A DNA stretch of 64,000 bases from Alphaproteobacteria bacterium (GTDB taxonomy: Bacteria; Pseudomonadota; Alphaproteobacteria; Micavibrionales; Micavibrionaceae): NCBI GenBank assembly GCA_028282385.1, contig JANQIB010000098.1, positions 4,502 to 68,501 of the forward strand, read 5' to 3'. The notes beneath the pieces were generated by a model. The model saw nothing but the letters and a program-made list of their open reading frames with translations, was not told the DNA's origin and did not search any database. Made by a program: the position numbers and the translations under genes. Positions 35,171 through 46,382 of the stretch are shown one piece after another (positions within the stretch are counted from its first letter, which is position 1; each line of letters begins with the position of its first letter).

Positions 35171-36052
35171 TTATTTAATTTGACCACGCAGCAAATTTGG
35201 ATCAGTTTTAGCATTTAAGACACGAACATGAGTGATACGGTTAATATCGGCGTGTAGCTGTACTTTATATTCATTTCCCTTGCCTTGTTGAACAATCCCA
35301 ACAGCCAAACCAGGAGGAAAAATTCCGCCATGCCCGGAGGTAATGATCCGCATCCCTTTTTCTACTGCCGTGTCAGGCGGCAAGTGTTTTAGAACAGGAT
35401 AGTCTGTGTTATTTCCTGCAAGAATAGCGCGCTGCCTGCTACCCTCAATCATAACGGGAACCCGGGAGTTAAAATCAGTTAACAGTAAAACTCTTGAAGC
35501 ATTATTTCCCACTTCAACCACACGCCCAATAAGCCCATCCCCGGATATAACAGCCTGGCTTTTTTCAACACCATTCTCATGACCTGCTTCTGTAAGAACA
35601 CTTTTAACATAGGCATTTCCACTATCGGCTATGATACGCGTCGAGATATATTCGTGGTGAGGCTCTACCTTCAAATTTAACAGTTCTTTTAAAGACTGGT
35701 TTTCAGACTGCATAACCAACGCTGCCTGATACCATTCCCGTAATCGTGTATTCTCAGCCTGCAACTTTGCATTCTCTGCACGCAATTCAGCCATCCCCGA
35801 AACATTTCCAACAAAATCCACAGCAGCATAAAAAGGTCCGGTAAATGTTGTAATAATCGGTGAGATACTATCTGTGACCTGCATTCGGAAACCACTTAGG
35901 CCTCCTGACTGGATTGATGAAAAGACAATAAAAATAAGAGAGACGGCAAGCAAAGCAAAAGGCGCACCTATTGCAGCTACAATTTGTTGGGCAGCTACAC
36001 CGGAAAATATTTTTGATTTACCACGACGCTTCAAAATTCTCTCTTGGGGCAT
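35171..36052 (-). CDS. mreC: rod shape-determining protein MreC
   Basis: 293 aa. An N-terminal TM is followed by the coiled coil ENAKLQAENTRLREW and beta domains with GIFPPGLAVG. Confidence 0.85.
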   Translation of the reverse strand: MPQERILKRRGKSKIFSGVAAQQIVAAIGAPFALLAVSLIFIVFSSIQSGGLSGFRMQVTDSISPIITTFTGPFYAAVDFVGNVSGMAELRAENAKLQAENTRLREWYQAALVMQSENQSLKELLNLKVEPHHEYISTRIIADSGNAYVKSVLTEAGHENGVEKSQAVISGDGLIGRVVEVGNNASRVLLLTDFNSRVPVMIEGSRQRAILAGNNTDYPVLKHLPPDTAVEKGMRIITSGHGGIFPPGLAVGIVQQGKGNEYKVQLHADINRITHVRVLNAKTDPNLLRGQIK

Positions 36053-36125
36053 CAGATGAAACGGACACTTCTAAAGAAAGGTACAGGAAATACGGAAACC
36101 CCGCAATGCTTGCCTTTGAGTTATC

Positions 36126-37175
<1,050 letters not shown>

Positions 37176-37291
37176 CTACGATTACAATATTATATGCCTA
37201 GATCTTCGCTGATCTATAGCAAAGAACAAAAACCTTCGCATTAAGAGATTTACGGTTCTCCACGCTTAATACAAATCCTGTCTGTATGCAG

Positions 37292-37319
37292 CAAAAAACC
37301 CGCCTCTAAAAGCGGGTTT
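37292..37319 (-). terminator. rho-independent terminator after rpmJ
   Basis: On the minus strand: aacccgc-ttttagag-gcgggtt followed by TTTTTT. Confidence 0.8.
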
Positions 37320-37346
37320 CCATTCAGACAAGCTAATAAAATTCCC

Positions 37347-37472
37347 TTAACCTTGGCGAGCCTTGAAACGCTTGTTGGTTTTATTAATCACATAAACGCG
37401 GCCACGGCGACGTATGACGCGGCAATTACGGTCACGTTTTTTCAATGTCTTCAAAGAGTTAGAAACCTTCAT
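37347..37472 (-). CDS. rpmJ: 50S ribosomal protein L36
   Basis: Too short for the ORF track. Hand translation gives [41 protein letters not shown]. Confidence 0.9.
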   Translation of the reverse strand: MKVSNSLKTLKKRDRNCRVIRRRGRVYVINKTNKRFKARQG

Positions 37473-37555
37473 CGGGGTCTTCCTTACTTAAAAATTCAAA
37501 TTCCGGGCGGAAAATACACGCCCAAAGGGTAATTTGTCAAGCTTTCCGGAGCTAT

Positions 37556-37981
37556 TTAGCTAAGAACTACCCCGCCACTATAGATAACAACTATAATGAC
37601 ATAAGCAAGATGCGTTAAATTATGAGCTTCCTGATCTGCTCCCATCGCCCACCAAAAGTAGGTATCTTTAGGCATCCAGCCCATTTTACGGGTCAACACT
37701 CCCTTTGTTCTGTCAATGAAGCTGTGAAGAATAAAATCAGCCAAACCCAGCCAAATCAGCCCTGGAGCAAAGACAAGCATAATAAGGCAAGTTGCAATCG
37801 CATGGATTGCTGTATGAGTAAATAAAGCTTTATAACCTTCTTTACCCGGGGCGCTTTTGCTTAAAGCCATCCATTCTGTTTGTAGAATAAAATCACAAAT
37901 CAGCTGTTTAAGCCGGAAAGCAAGGTATAAAAAAATGATCGAAACAGGGGTCATAGCTATACTGAGTATGGCGTTATTCAC
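37556..37981 (-). CDS. DUF3307-like membrane protein
   Basis: 141 aa with 4 hydrophobic segments. The motifs are LICDFILQTEWMALSK and HSFIDRTKG. Confidence 0.5.
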   Translation of the reverse strand: MNNAILSIAMTPVSIIFLYLAFRLKQLICDFILQTEWMALSKSAPGKEGYKALFTHTAIHAIATCLIMLVFAPGLIWLGLADFILHSFIDRTKGVLTRKMGWMPKDTYFWWAMGADQEAHNLTHLAYVIIVVIYSGGVVLS

Positions 37982-38108
37982 TCAATATTCCAAGAAAATT
38001 TCCAAGGACTGATCTAGAGAGGTTGTTGATTTTCAATCGAAACAGCCTCACAATTAACTTTCTGATAAATGTTCTTTGCTATGTCTTAATATCTAAAGTC
38101 AAAATTCT

Positions 38109-39347
38109 ATGGGAGCTATGGAAACAGTACAAACATATAAAAGCTATAAGTCTGGCGACATTATTATGACGCAAGGCGAGCAAGGTGATTGTGCTTACCT
38201 GATCGAAGAGGGCCAGGTTGAAATTTTAATTGAAAAAAGTGATGGTTCAATCGAACGTCTTGCCACACGCGGACCAGGCACTGTGATCGGCGAAATGGCA
38301 ATTGTTGACGACGCACCAAGGGTTGCCACAGTCCAGGCCGTCGAAGATTGTAAACTTCTTGAGATTTCCAGGGAAGACTTTAACCGCAGGCTGGATAGCG
38401 CTGATCCGGTCATTAAGATGATTGCACAAATCATTCTGACGAGATACCGGGACATGCTTGTCAGAGCTTCTATTTTTAATGATCCTGATAGCGTTCCCAC
38501 ACCGGAAGATCTTGAACGGAAAGTTGTTCAACAAAATAATGCCGGTGAAATGATTAAAATGGCCAATGACTTTAAAATCGCCATTGAAAGCAATCAGCTC
38601 CAACTTCACTACCAGCCAATTATAGACTTTGAGACAACTGAACTAAAGGGATTTGAGGCCTTAATGCGGTGGAAACACCCCGAACAAGGCATGATCCCCC
38701 CCGGTGTCTTTATCCCCGTTGCCGAAGATAGCGGATTAATTGTACAGGCCAGCCGGTGGGCATTGCGTGAAGCTTGTCAGGCCCTGAACCGTATTCAGGG
38801 ACAAACAGGCTATGATTTTGATTTAACGATGAGCGTAAATTTCTCAAGCACTGATTTTGCCGATGAAAATTTTCTTGAGCAGGTTTATCTGATTTTAAGT
38901 GAAACAGATATTGAACCAAATCGTATCAACCTTGAAATCACAGAACGATTACTCATGACACAACCTGATAATGCAAAAGAAACCCTATCAATGTGCCGGC
39001 AAGCAGGTTTGGGGATTTCAATTGATGATTTCGGCACAGGATATTCATCTCTCAGCTATCTTCATTATTACCCGATTGACACATTGAAAGTTGATCAAAC
39101 ATTTGTCCGAAATATGCGCGCCGATGACAGTGCCCGTGAGCTGGTAAAATCAATCATCGCCCTGGGCAAAAACATGCAAATGAAGACAATTGCCGAAGGC
39201 GTTGAAGATCTGGAAGATGCTCAAATCCTGAAGGAAATGGGCTGCGATCAATCACAGGGTTATTATTTTTCAAGACCTCTGCCTGAACATGAAATCGTCG
39301 ATTTTGTCAGAGACTGGGACATCAACCCCCTTAAAAGCTCCTTTTAA
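38109..39347 (+). CDS. cyclic-nucleotide-binding domain plus EAL domain protein (predicted c-di-GMP phosphodiesterase)
   Basis: The CAP_ED-like part is GDCAYLIEEGQVEI...GEMAIVDDAPRVATV. The EAL set is GFEALMRW, NFS, LEITER, DDFGTGYSSLSYL, KVDQTFV, EGVED and QGYYFSRP. Confidence 0.85.
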   Translation: MGAMETVQTYKSYKSGDIIMTQGEQGDCAYLIEEGQVEILIEKSDGSIERLATRGPGTVIGEMAIVDDAPRVATVQAVEDCKLLEISREDFNRRLDSADPVIKMIAQIILTRYRDMLVRASIFNDPDSVPTPEDLERKVVQQNNAGEMIKMANDFKIAIESNQLQLHYQPIIDFETTELKGFEALMRWKHPEQGMIPPGVFIPVAEDSGLIVQASRWALREACQALNRIQGQTGYDFDLTMSVNFSSTDFADENFLEQVYLILSETDIEPNRINLEITERLLMTQPDNAKETLSMCRQAGLGISIDDFGTGYSSLSYLHYYPIDTLKVDQTFVRNMRADDSARELVKSIIALGKNMQMKTIAEGVEDLEDAQILKEMGCDQSQGYYFSRPLPEHEIVDFVRDWDINPLKSSF

Positions 39348-39471
39348 CTAAAATTTTAGACGTTTTTTAAGCCCCTTTAAGCTTTGCTCTCTATAATTGA
39401 TAAGATAGGGAGAGTTATTGAATAGGCTAAATTTAACCTATTGATTGTAAACAATAATAAGGGTTTGGAAT

Positions 39472-42400
39472 ATGGCGCGCATTGTGGATGGACTGGGTTC
39501 TGGAAGCTCATCAGGAAATACAAATCATGAAATTATTGCGGTTGACGGTGCGGAAATAATTTCCGTACCCGGCAGCGAATTCACTGGCGATGCACAGATG
39601 ACCCGTGAAGGTCACGATCTTATTCTTGAAGCTCCAAATGGCAAAATTATTGTAATCGAAGGATATTTTTTAGCCGAGCCTGCTCCTGTTATCCAGGCTG
39701 CAGATGGAAGCGCTTTAACGCCTCAACTTATAGAGTCTTTCACGAAATCTCCCATGCAATTCGCGCAAACAGGCTCAATGGTCGATGAAAGCCCGGTCGG
39801 CGCAATCGAGGAAGTAAAAGGTGATGCCGTTATCATCCGCGCTGATGGAACACAAGAGCCTGCCACAATCGGAACGCCGGTGTATCAGGGCGATATTGTT
39901 GAAACGTCAAAAAGCGGCGCTGTAAATATTGTCTTTTTAGATGAAACAAGCATGGCCATCAGTGAAGATGCCCGCTTTGCCGTCAATGAATATACATTCG
40001 ATCCTGCGAGTGAAAGCGGTACGACAAACTTTTCCGTCCTGCGCGGCGTCTTTGTTTTCACAAGCGGTTTGATTGGACGGGATGATCCTGATGATGTCGA
40101 AATCGAAACACCTGTCGGATCAATCGGTATTCGTGGAACAATCATTGCTGGAAACATTAAACCCGGCGGTGAAACGGAAATTTCCGTTCTTGAAGGGGCT
40201 ATCGTTGTCCGGAACGGTTTTGGCGAAAAAACGCTCTCTACACAATTTGAAGCTATCAAGATTAGCGGCTTTGATCAGCCGATGTCAGACAGCTTTGTGA
40301 TGAGTGCAAATGATATCGGAAATAAATTCGGTGCGGTCAGAGATGTTGCGCCTACATTGTTCAGCGCCGTAAATGATAGTGCCAAAGAACCAGGCAATAA
40401 TACGCCACAGGAAAATAATAAGACAGATCCGGAAGCGCAAGGTGAACAAGAAGGTGAAGGCAAAGCCCCTGAATCCGGAGAATCTAAAAATCCGGCTGAT
40501 ATAAATATGCAGGACAATAAAGAAGCCGGTAATGTAAACCAGCCAGTAGATCCAGCTGCTCCTGAAGGAGAGGCTCCACCTGTCCCACCGCCTACAACAG
40601 ATCCAATTTTGCAAACTGGTTGGGAAACTCCAGAATTCGATAACTCAAAAACAAATGGTGACGGCCTACCCTCTCACTTACCAAGCAATGATGCTTTAGG
40701 AACAGGCTTTGAAGCCCGTCCGGCAGAACCCATTGATGTAAAGCCCCCCCAGAACACTGAAGGTGAAGAAACAAATACAGATGAGGTTCTTCCTCCACCA
40801 CCCGACACAACCAACAACAACACAGTTGACACAACCCTCTACATTAACGCACCGAATGCCGCGCGCGGCGTGAGTGTCATTATTGATGATATCGGCAACC
40901 ATATTGGTTTTGATCTCGCAGCGCTTGGTGATCTCAATAATGACGGTTTTGCCGATTTCATGTTTACAAATAATACGACAAATGCCGCACAAAATCACAG
41001 CTATGTCGTTTATGGAGCTGGAGCTGGAGGCCCTTCCGGCCTCGTTCCCAATCTGGTTGATAATACAATCGCAGCCTTGAATGATATCGACGCAGATCCA
41101 GGAGAAATCGGCGTATTAGGTAATAACACATCAAATGCTAATTTCTCTCACACGTTAGTGGCCGGGATTGGTGATTTCGATGGTGACGGGGTTGAAGACT
41201 ATGTGATTACTCAAAAAAATAATAACAGCGGCACAGCGGGAACGGGAGATGCGGCAATCGTCAGCGGAGCGTCTGGCAATTCTAGCACCTTCGTAGGCTT
41301 AACAGGTGGTGATCTCTTCGGCGCCTCCGTTGCTGGTGTTGGCGATATCAATAATGACGGTTATGACGATGTTCTGATCGGCGCGCCGGGCGCAGATGGT
41401 GCCTTTACGGATGGTGGGAAAGCCTATCTCGTCTATGGTGGGCAAAACCCGCTTGGAACAAATATTTCGGAAACATCTCTGATGAGCGCTACAGGCCTGA
41501 CCTTCGAAGGCGGTGCAAATAATGAGAATTTCGGCGCAGCTGTCACCGGGCTGGGTGATTTTGACGGCGACGGCGGAAGAGATTTTGCCATCGGCGCACC
41601 GGACGGAAACCGTGTCAATGTCCATCTGGATAGCGGCATTATCGATATTCACCACATGACAGCCGGATATAATTTCGGCAGCGAGCTTAGTGGCTTGGGT
41701 GATATAAATGGAGATGGCTTATCTGATATGGTCATTGCTAGCGCTACTGTTCAGAATGAAGCCTATTTTGTTTCCGGGGGAAGTACTTCTATTTCAGATA
41801 TTGACGCTGCAACAGCTAATGCCAATGTCTTTAAAATCAACACAGGACCGCACAATATCCTTGGCGCCGGCGCTATCGGGGACTGGAACGGGGATGGCTT
41901 TGATGATTTTGCACTGGCTGTTTCAAGTGGAGCCGATGCAAATGTGTATGTTCTCTACGGAAAGCAGAATATTTTTGCAAATGACACAATAGATCTGAGC
42001 TTCCTAAACAACCCGCAAAATGCTTTTAAAATGGTTTATCAGGGCGGGAATGCTCTTCATTTCACAATAGAAGGCCTGGGCGATATCGACAGCGACGGAT
42101 TTGATGATCTGGGTATCGGTATTGAAAATTTCAATGAACCAAACAGCACAGGTACTGTAAATGACGGAAAAGTTATTGTGGTTGAAGGGAGAGATGCAAC
42201 AGACTCTGTCCTTGAAGGCAGCAATACATCTGCAAATAACCTGACAGCAAATGCTAATAATCAGAGTATCGTCGGCGGCAAATTCAATGACTATGTTCAT
42301 GATGGTGGCAATTCTGGTCTAAGTGTAAAAGGAGCTGCAGGAGATGATGTTGTCGAAATCACAAATACAAATTTCCGTTCAATAGATGGTGGATTTGGCC

Positions 42401-42795
42401 ATGATACAATCCTGCTGGGCGCAAATGGTCTGGACTTTGGCAATATTGAATTTGAAAAAATCAGCTCTGTCGAAAAACTGGAAATGACACAGGCAGGGCA
42501 AACAGTTCGCCTAACCCTCGAAAATATCTTTAATCTTCTCGAAACAGCCGAAGGTCACGAACTTAAGATCGATGCAAACGGATTTGGCGGCACGACATTA
42601 GTTTTGGATATTGACGGTGACGGCACAGATGATGTTGCTGGAAATCCAAATACAGCAGCTGAATTAAGTACAGCCATAAACAGTGTCGGCCACGCCTCTT
42701 CGGTCAATGGCTCACCGCCAACAGGCTATGTCCAGTTTGATATAGGAAACAATACTCTATATATCGATGCAAACATCGCAGTTGACGCACAATAA
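39472..42795 (+). CDS. large type I secretion substrate: N-terminal module, FecR-like domain, acidic/Pro-rich linker, seven FG-GAP repeats, RTX-like C-terminal secretion region
   Basis: 1107 aa. The FecR-like part is VKGDAVIIRADGTQEPATIGTPVYQGDIVETSKSGAVNIVF...IGIRGT...VLEGAIVV. Seven GD(L/F/I/W)(N/D)xDGxxD(F/Y/V/M/L) motifs are present. GGFGHDTILLG and the ending NNTLYIDANIAVDAQ fit a T1SS C-terminal target. There is no N-terminal signal peptide. Confidence 0.75.
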   Translation: MARIVDGLGSGSSSGNTNHEIIAVDGAEIISVPGSEFTGDAQMTREGHDLILEAPNGKIIVIEGYFLAEPAPVIQAADGSALTPQLIESFTKSPMQFAQTGSMVDESPVGAIEEVKGDAVIIRADGTQEPATIGTPVYQGDIVETSKSGAVNIVFLDETSMAISEDARFAVNEYTFDPASESGTTNFSVLRGVFVFTSGLIGRDDPDDVEIETPVGSIGIRGTIIAGNIKPGGETEISVLEGAIVVRNGFGEKTLSTQFEAIKISGFDQPMSDSFVMSANDIGNKFGAVRDVAPTLFSAVNDSAKEPGNNTPQENNKTDPEAQGEQEGEGKAPESGESKNPADINMQDNKEAGNVNQPVDPAAPEGEAPPVPPPTTDPILQTGWETPEFDNSKTNGDGLPSHLPSNDALGTGFEARPAEPIDVKPPQNTEGEETNTDEVLPPPPDTTNNNTVDTTLYINAPNAARGVSVIIDDIGNHIGFDLAALGDLNNDGFADFMFTNNTTNAAQNHSYVVYGAGAGGPSGLVPNLVDNTIAALNDIDADPGEIGVLGNNTSNANFSHTLVAGIGDFDGDGVEDYVITQKNNNSGTAGTGDAAIVSGASGNSSTFVGLTGGDLFGASVAGVGDINNDGYDDVLIGAPGADGAFTDGGKAYLVYGGQNPLGTNISETSLMSATGLTFEGGANNENFGAAVTGLGDFDGDGGRDFAIGAPDGNRVNVHLDSGIIDIHHMTAGYNFGSELSGLGDINGDGLSDMVIASATVQNEAYFVSGGSTSISDIDAATANANVFKINTGPHNILGAGAIGDWNGDGFDDFALAVSSGADANVYVLYGKQNIFANDTIDLSFLNNPQNAFKMVYQGGNALHFTIEGLGDIDSDGFDDLGIGIENFNEPNSTGTVNDGKVIVVEGRDATDSVLEGSNTSANNLTANANNQSIVGGKFNDYVHDGGNSGLSVKGAAGDDVVEITNTNFRSIDGGFGHDTILLGANGLDFGNIEFEKISSVEKLEMTQAGQTVRLTLENIFNLLETAEGHELKIDANGFGGTTLVLDIDGDGTDDVAGNPNTAAELSTAINSVGHASSVNGSPPTGYVQFDIGNNTLYIDANIAVDAQ

Positions 42796-42800
42796 TTTAA

Positions 42801-45059
42801 CTACTTTGTTTTAGCTTCAAAAACCCCGTCCCAGTCATCAGGTGGCGGGGTTTTCAAATAATCTCCAATCCGTCCTGAAAACAGATCATAATAACCTTGC
42901 AGCATGTCACCAGCTAATTCACGTGCCTCTTTCAAATCCTGGGCAGCACAGTCAAAATCACCAGCCCGATAAGCTGCCAGCATGCCCTCATGCGCTGTTT
43001 TCCACTTTAAATAGGAAGGGTCTTTCGCATATATTTCATTGCCAAGCAGCGTATAAATTCTGGCCGGCTGTTCTTTTCCTTTAACCTTGATCAGATCCAG
43101 TTCCAGAAAAGCCAGATCTTTTGCAGCTTTAACTGTCTCTTCGCCAACTAGTACCTGAACACCATAAGCTTTCGTTTGCCCTTCCAAGCGGGAGGCCAAA
43201 TTTACAGCATCCCCAAGGGCCGAATAGGCAAAACGCTGACGGGATCCCATATTTCCAACACTACACGGGCCGGTATTAATTCCAATACCCGCGTTTAAAA
43301 GAACAGCATTTTGGCCTGTCTCTTGCGCTTTCTTTTTTATGGCCTCATTAATCGGCACCAAAGCCTCATTCATGCGCAGCGCACTTAGACAAGCATTGCG
43401 GGCATGATGAGAATCCTCAAGTGGTGCATTCCAAAACGCCATCATGGCATCACCCATATATTTATCAATCGTTCCCCTGTTTTCCATGACCAAGTCAGAC
43501 ATAGGCGTTAGAAAATCATTCATCAGCTGAATAAGCTCTTCAGGACTTAAACTTTCTGAAATCGTTGTAAAACTCCTTATATCGGTAAACATCACCGTTA
43601 AATCACGAACTTCACCACCCAGTTTCAATTTGTCCGGGTTATTTTCCAGTTCTTCCATAAAGTCAGGAGAAATATAAAGCCCGAAAGCCTCCCGCACCTG
43701 TTTTCGCTCAGATTCAATTCTAAGATAACTCAACAAGGACGAAACCAGAAAAAGAGCAGAAAGAGAAATGCTGGGATAAACAGGATCAAGCAATAATCCC
43801 ATTTGAGTATAAAAATTCCAGGACCCGAAAAACATCCCTCCCATCATCAGAAGGGCAAAGAAACCAAGCCAGATCACACTGACAAACGGGGCCAGTAAAA
43901 TAATCAATAAACCTGCGCCGGCGATAATCAACGCCTCGACACCGACAATCAAATCCGGGCGTTGTAAAAATTTACCTTGTAAGATTTGTTCAACAACATT
44001 GACGTGAACCTCAACCCCCGGAACAAAAATGTCCAGAGGTGTTGACCGTATATCCCGTAAACCTTCTGCGCTCGTCCCAACAAAAACAATCTTGTCTTGG
44101 ATTTTATCCCGCACCTCTTTTCTTGCACTTTCATCATAAAGCTTCCAGGCTGGGATATATTCATCGTCAGAAATATGGCGATAATACACCCAGAGTTTTG
44201 AATTTCTTTCGACAGGGATTTCATACTCGGATAAAGAAATAAGATAATCCGTATCGAAAATTTTCTTATTTTTTCTCTGCTTAACCAGAAAACGCGCCTT
44301 TGGATCCACATGAACACGCAGCGCTTCAATTCCTAACATCGGATAAAGAGTCGAATTATATTCTTCAGTATTCTCCGGCGGAAACTTAACAAGAAGTGAG
44401 ACTTCACGAATAAGACCGTCAATATCGGGCGTTGCCATAAAGCTTCCATTTCCAGCTGCAGCTTGTGAAAACTCAGGAAGATTAGTTGCCACCCCAGGTG
44501 CTGCAAAAGAATATTCTTCAAAAGGTGTTTTATCCTTAAGCAAAAAAGTTGGCTTAACGTTTTGATATGGCGCCCTTAAAGTTTCTCCCGGTTTTGCGCG
44601 GGTAAATCCTGTGACAACATTACCAGCGTCCCTGATAGACTCTGCAAAAAGCTGATCGTGTGCAGGAAGCGCCAAAAGACTATTTTTTATTTCTTCAAAA
44701 TTATTAACTTCACGAAAGTGATGAACAACGCTTTCAGGAGATGTTCTGTCCTTTTCTGCAAAGACAACATCAAATGCAATAGAGCTGGCGCCCATTTCTG
44801 CCAATTCGTCTACCATTTGGGCCATAACATTTCTGGGCCATGGAAACTGACCCATTTTTTTTAACGATTCCTCATCAATATCTATGATAACGATCTGATC
44901 ACTCTTTTCTCTGGGATAGAGCTGATTGAATGTATCAAATGTTACATATTGAAGACGCTTTCTTAGCTCAGAATCAGAACCACTAAAAACAACGCAGGCA
45001 ACCAAAAGTACGAGTAATATAAGAAAATGGAACCAGCGATTTACCAGAATATTAGTCAT
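42801..45059 (-). CDS. CHASE2 sensor domain plus class III adenylate/guanylate cyclase
   Basis: 752 aa. An N-terminal TM and periplasmic CHASE2-like region (IVIIDIDEESL..FPWPR) are followed by 3 TM helices, then LTVMFTDIRSFTTISE, GDAMMAFWNAP, IGINTGPCSVGNMGS and YSALGDAVNLASRLEG. Confidence 0.85.
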   Translation of the reverse strand: MTNILVNRWFHFLILLVLLVACVVFSGSDSELRKRLQYVTFDTFNQLYPREKSDQIVIIDIDEESLKKMGQFPWPRNVMAQMVDELAEMGASSIAFDVVFAEKDRTSPESVVHHFREVNNFEEIKNSLLALPAHDQLFAESIRDAGNVVTGFTRAKPGETLRAPYQNVKPTFLLKDKTPFEEYSFAAPGVATNLPEFSQAAAGNGSFMATPDIDGLIREVSLLVKFPPENTEEYNSTLYPMLGIEALRVHVDPKARFLVKQRKNKKIFDTDYLISLSEYEIPVERNSKLWVYYRHISDDEYIPAWKLYDESARKEVRDKIQDKIVFVGTSAEGLRDIRSTPLDIFVPGVEVHVNVVEQILQGKFLQRPDLIVGVEALIIAGAGLLIILLAPFVSVIWLGFFALLMMGGMFFGSWNFYTQMGLLLDPVYPSISLSALFLVSSLLSYLRIESERKQVREAFGLYISPDFMEELENNPDKLKLGGEVRDLTVMFTDIRSFTTISESLSPEELIQLMNDFLTPMSDLVMENRGTIDKYMGDAMMAFWNAPLEDSHHARNACLSALRMNEALVPINEAIKKKAQETGQNAVLLNAGIGINTGPCSVGNMGSRQRFAYSALGDAVNLASRLEGQTKAYGVQVLVGEETVKAAKDLAFLELDLIKVKGKEQPARIYTLLGNEIYAKDPSYLKWKTAHEGMLAAYRAGDFDCAAQDLKEARELAGDMLQGYYDLFSGRIGDYLKTPPPDDWDGVFEAKTK

Positions 45060-45065
45060 GAGATA

Positions 45066-46382
45066 TTAGCGCTCCGTAAAAGCCCTGTCACGCGCGCGTA
45101 AAATCGGTTTAAGCAAATATTCTAAAATTGTCCGTTTACCCGTTATAACTTCCGTTTCGGCAACCATGCCCGGTGTTATCGGCATTTTATTTTTCTCATT
45201 GCCCATATAATTCTTATCGCTACGCACTTCTATTTCAAAAAAGATATTCCCTTCCCGATCTGTCACGCTATTTGCCCCGATGCGCGTAAGTTTGCCCTCC
45301 AAAGACCCATAACGCTGCGGATCGTAAGCTGTAATTTTAACTTTTACATCTTGGCCAGTCCGCAAAAAACCAATTTCATGGGGCGCAACCTTTGCCATTA
45401 TTTTTAACTCATCATCCAAAGGAACAATTTCAACAAGCCTCATTGCCGGCTCAACAACCCCACCCTTCGTTTTGAGCATGATTTTATTGACAACACCGCG
45501 AACCGGACTACGTAATTCTGTTCTGAAAACACGGTCTCCAATCGCTGTGAGGCTTTCTTCAAGCTGGCTGATCTGTGTTTCAACCTCATTCAATTCTCCC
45601 AGCGCCTGAGATTTAAACTTTGTTTCTCTGTCTTCACGTTCTTTTTTGGCGCCGCGCAGTTCTGCTTCTAAAGCACCTCTTCTTTGAACAGCTTCACTGA
45701 TTTGCCCGGATACATCATTCACTTCCCGGCGCAATCGTATTTCTTCCAGCTCAGGAACGGCACGCTTTCTCACCATCTCGGCAGTTATCTTAAGCTCTTT
45801 TTGCAAGGAAGAACGATTGCTGGACAATCTTGAGATTTTGGCTCTTACCTCAGCCAATTCAGATTGAGCACGGCTGATATTATTATCCAAAATAGACATC
45901 GCGTTTTTAAGTTCCTGCTGCCGTGATCTATATAAATTTTCTTCGTTCCGCGCAATCTCAGGCGCATTTTCTTTTATGTTTTCCGGCAATACGAAGTCGG
46001 ATCCATTTGCTTCCGCTTCCAGCCTGACGCGCTTGGCTTTTAAAGCATAGCTACGCGCTTCTGTTCCACGCTCTTCAGAGGCAAACGCAACGTCACTGAT
46101 CCGCATTAGAATCTGATCTTTTTCGACAATCTCGCCTTCCTGAACATTGAGCTCTGCAAGAATCCCCCCCTCTAAACTTTGAACAATCTGGATCTCACTT
46201 GTCGGCACAACCTGCCCCATGCCGCGCGTAATTTGCTCAACTTTGGAAAACCCTGCCCAGACAAAAAAGAAAACAACAAGCGCCAGAACGGAAAACAACA
46301 TCAGAAGAGACGCCAGCGAAGGTTTCAGGTTCGCCGCTGCCTCCAATTCATTCATAAAATCTGTGTCTTTTCTGTTTTGCAT
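45066..46382 (-). CDS. HlyD-family type I secretion membrane fusion protein
   Basis: 438 aa with an N-terminal TM, a long coiled coil and a C-terminal beta-barrel, ending ITGKRTILEYLLKPI. Confidence 0.85.
   Translation of the reverse strand: MQNRKDTDFMNELEAAANLKPSLASLLMLFSVLALVVFFFVWAGFSKVEQITRGMGQVVPTSEIQIVQSLEGGILAELNVQEGEIVEKDQILMRISDVAFASEERGTEARSYALKAKRVRLEAEANGSDFVLPENIKENAPEIARNEENLYRSRQQELKNAMSILDNNISRAQSELAEVRAKISRLSSNRSSLQKELKITAEMVRKRAVPELEEIRLRREVNDVSGQISEAVQRRGALEAELRGAKKEREDRETKFKSQALGELNEVETQISQLEESLTAIGDRVFRTELRSPVRGVVNKIMLKTKGGVVEPAMRLVEIVPLDDELKIMAKVAPHEIGFLRTGQDVKVKITAYDPQRYGSLEGKLTRIGANSVTDREGNIFFEIEVRSDKNYMGNEKNKMPITPGMVAETEVITGKRTILEYLLKPILRARDRAFTER

Noticed and set aside
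39472-39900. A LapA-type N-terminal LapG cleavage site ((T/P)AAG) in the T1SS substrate.
   Set aside because: The only double alanine (QAADGS) is not followed by Gly. I therefore do not call the protein a LapA orthologue.
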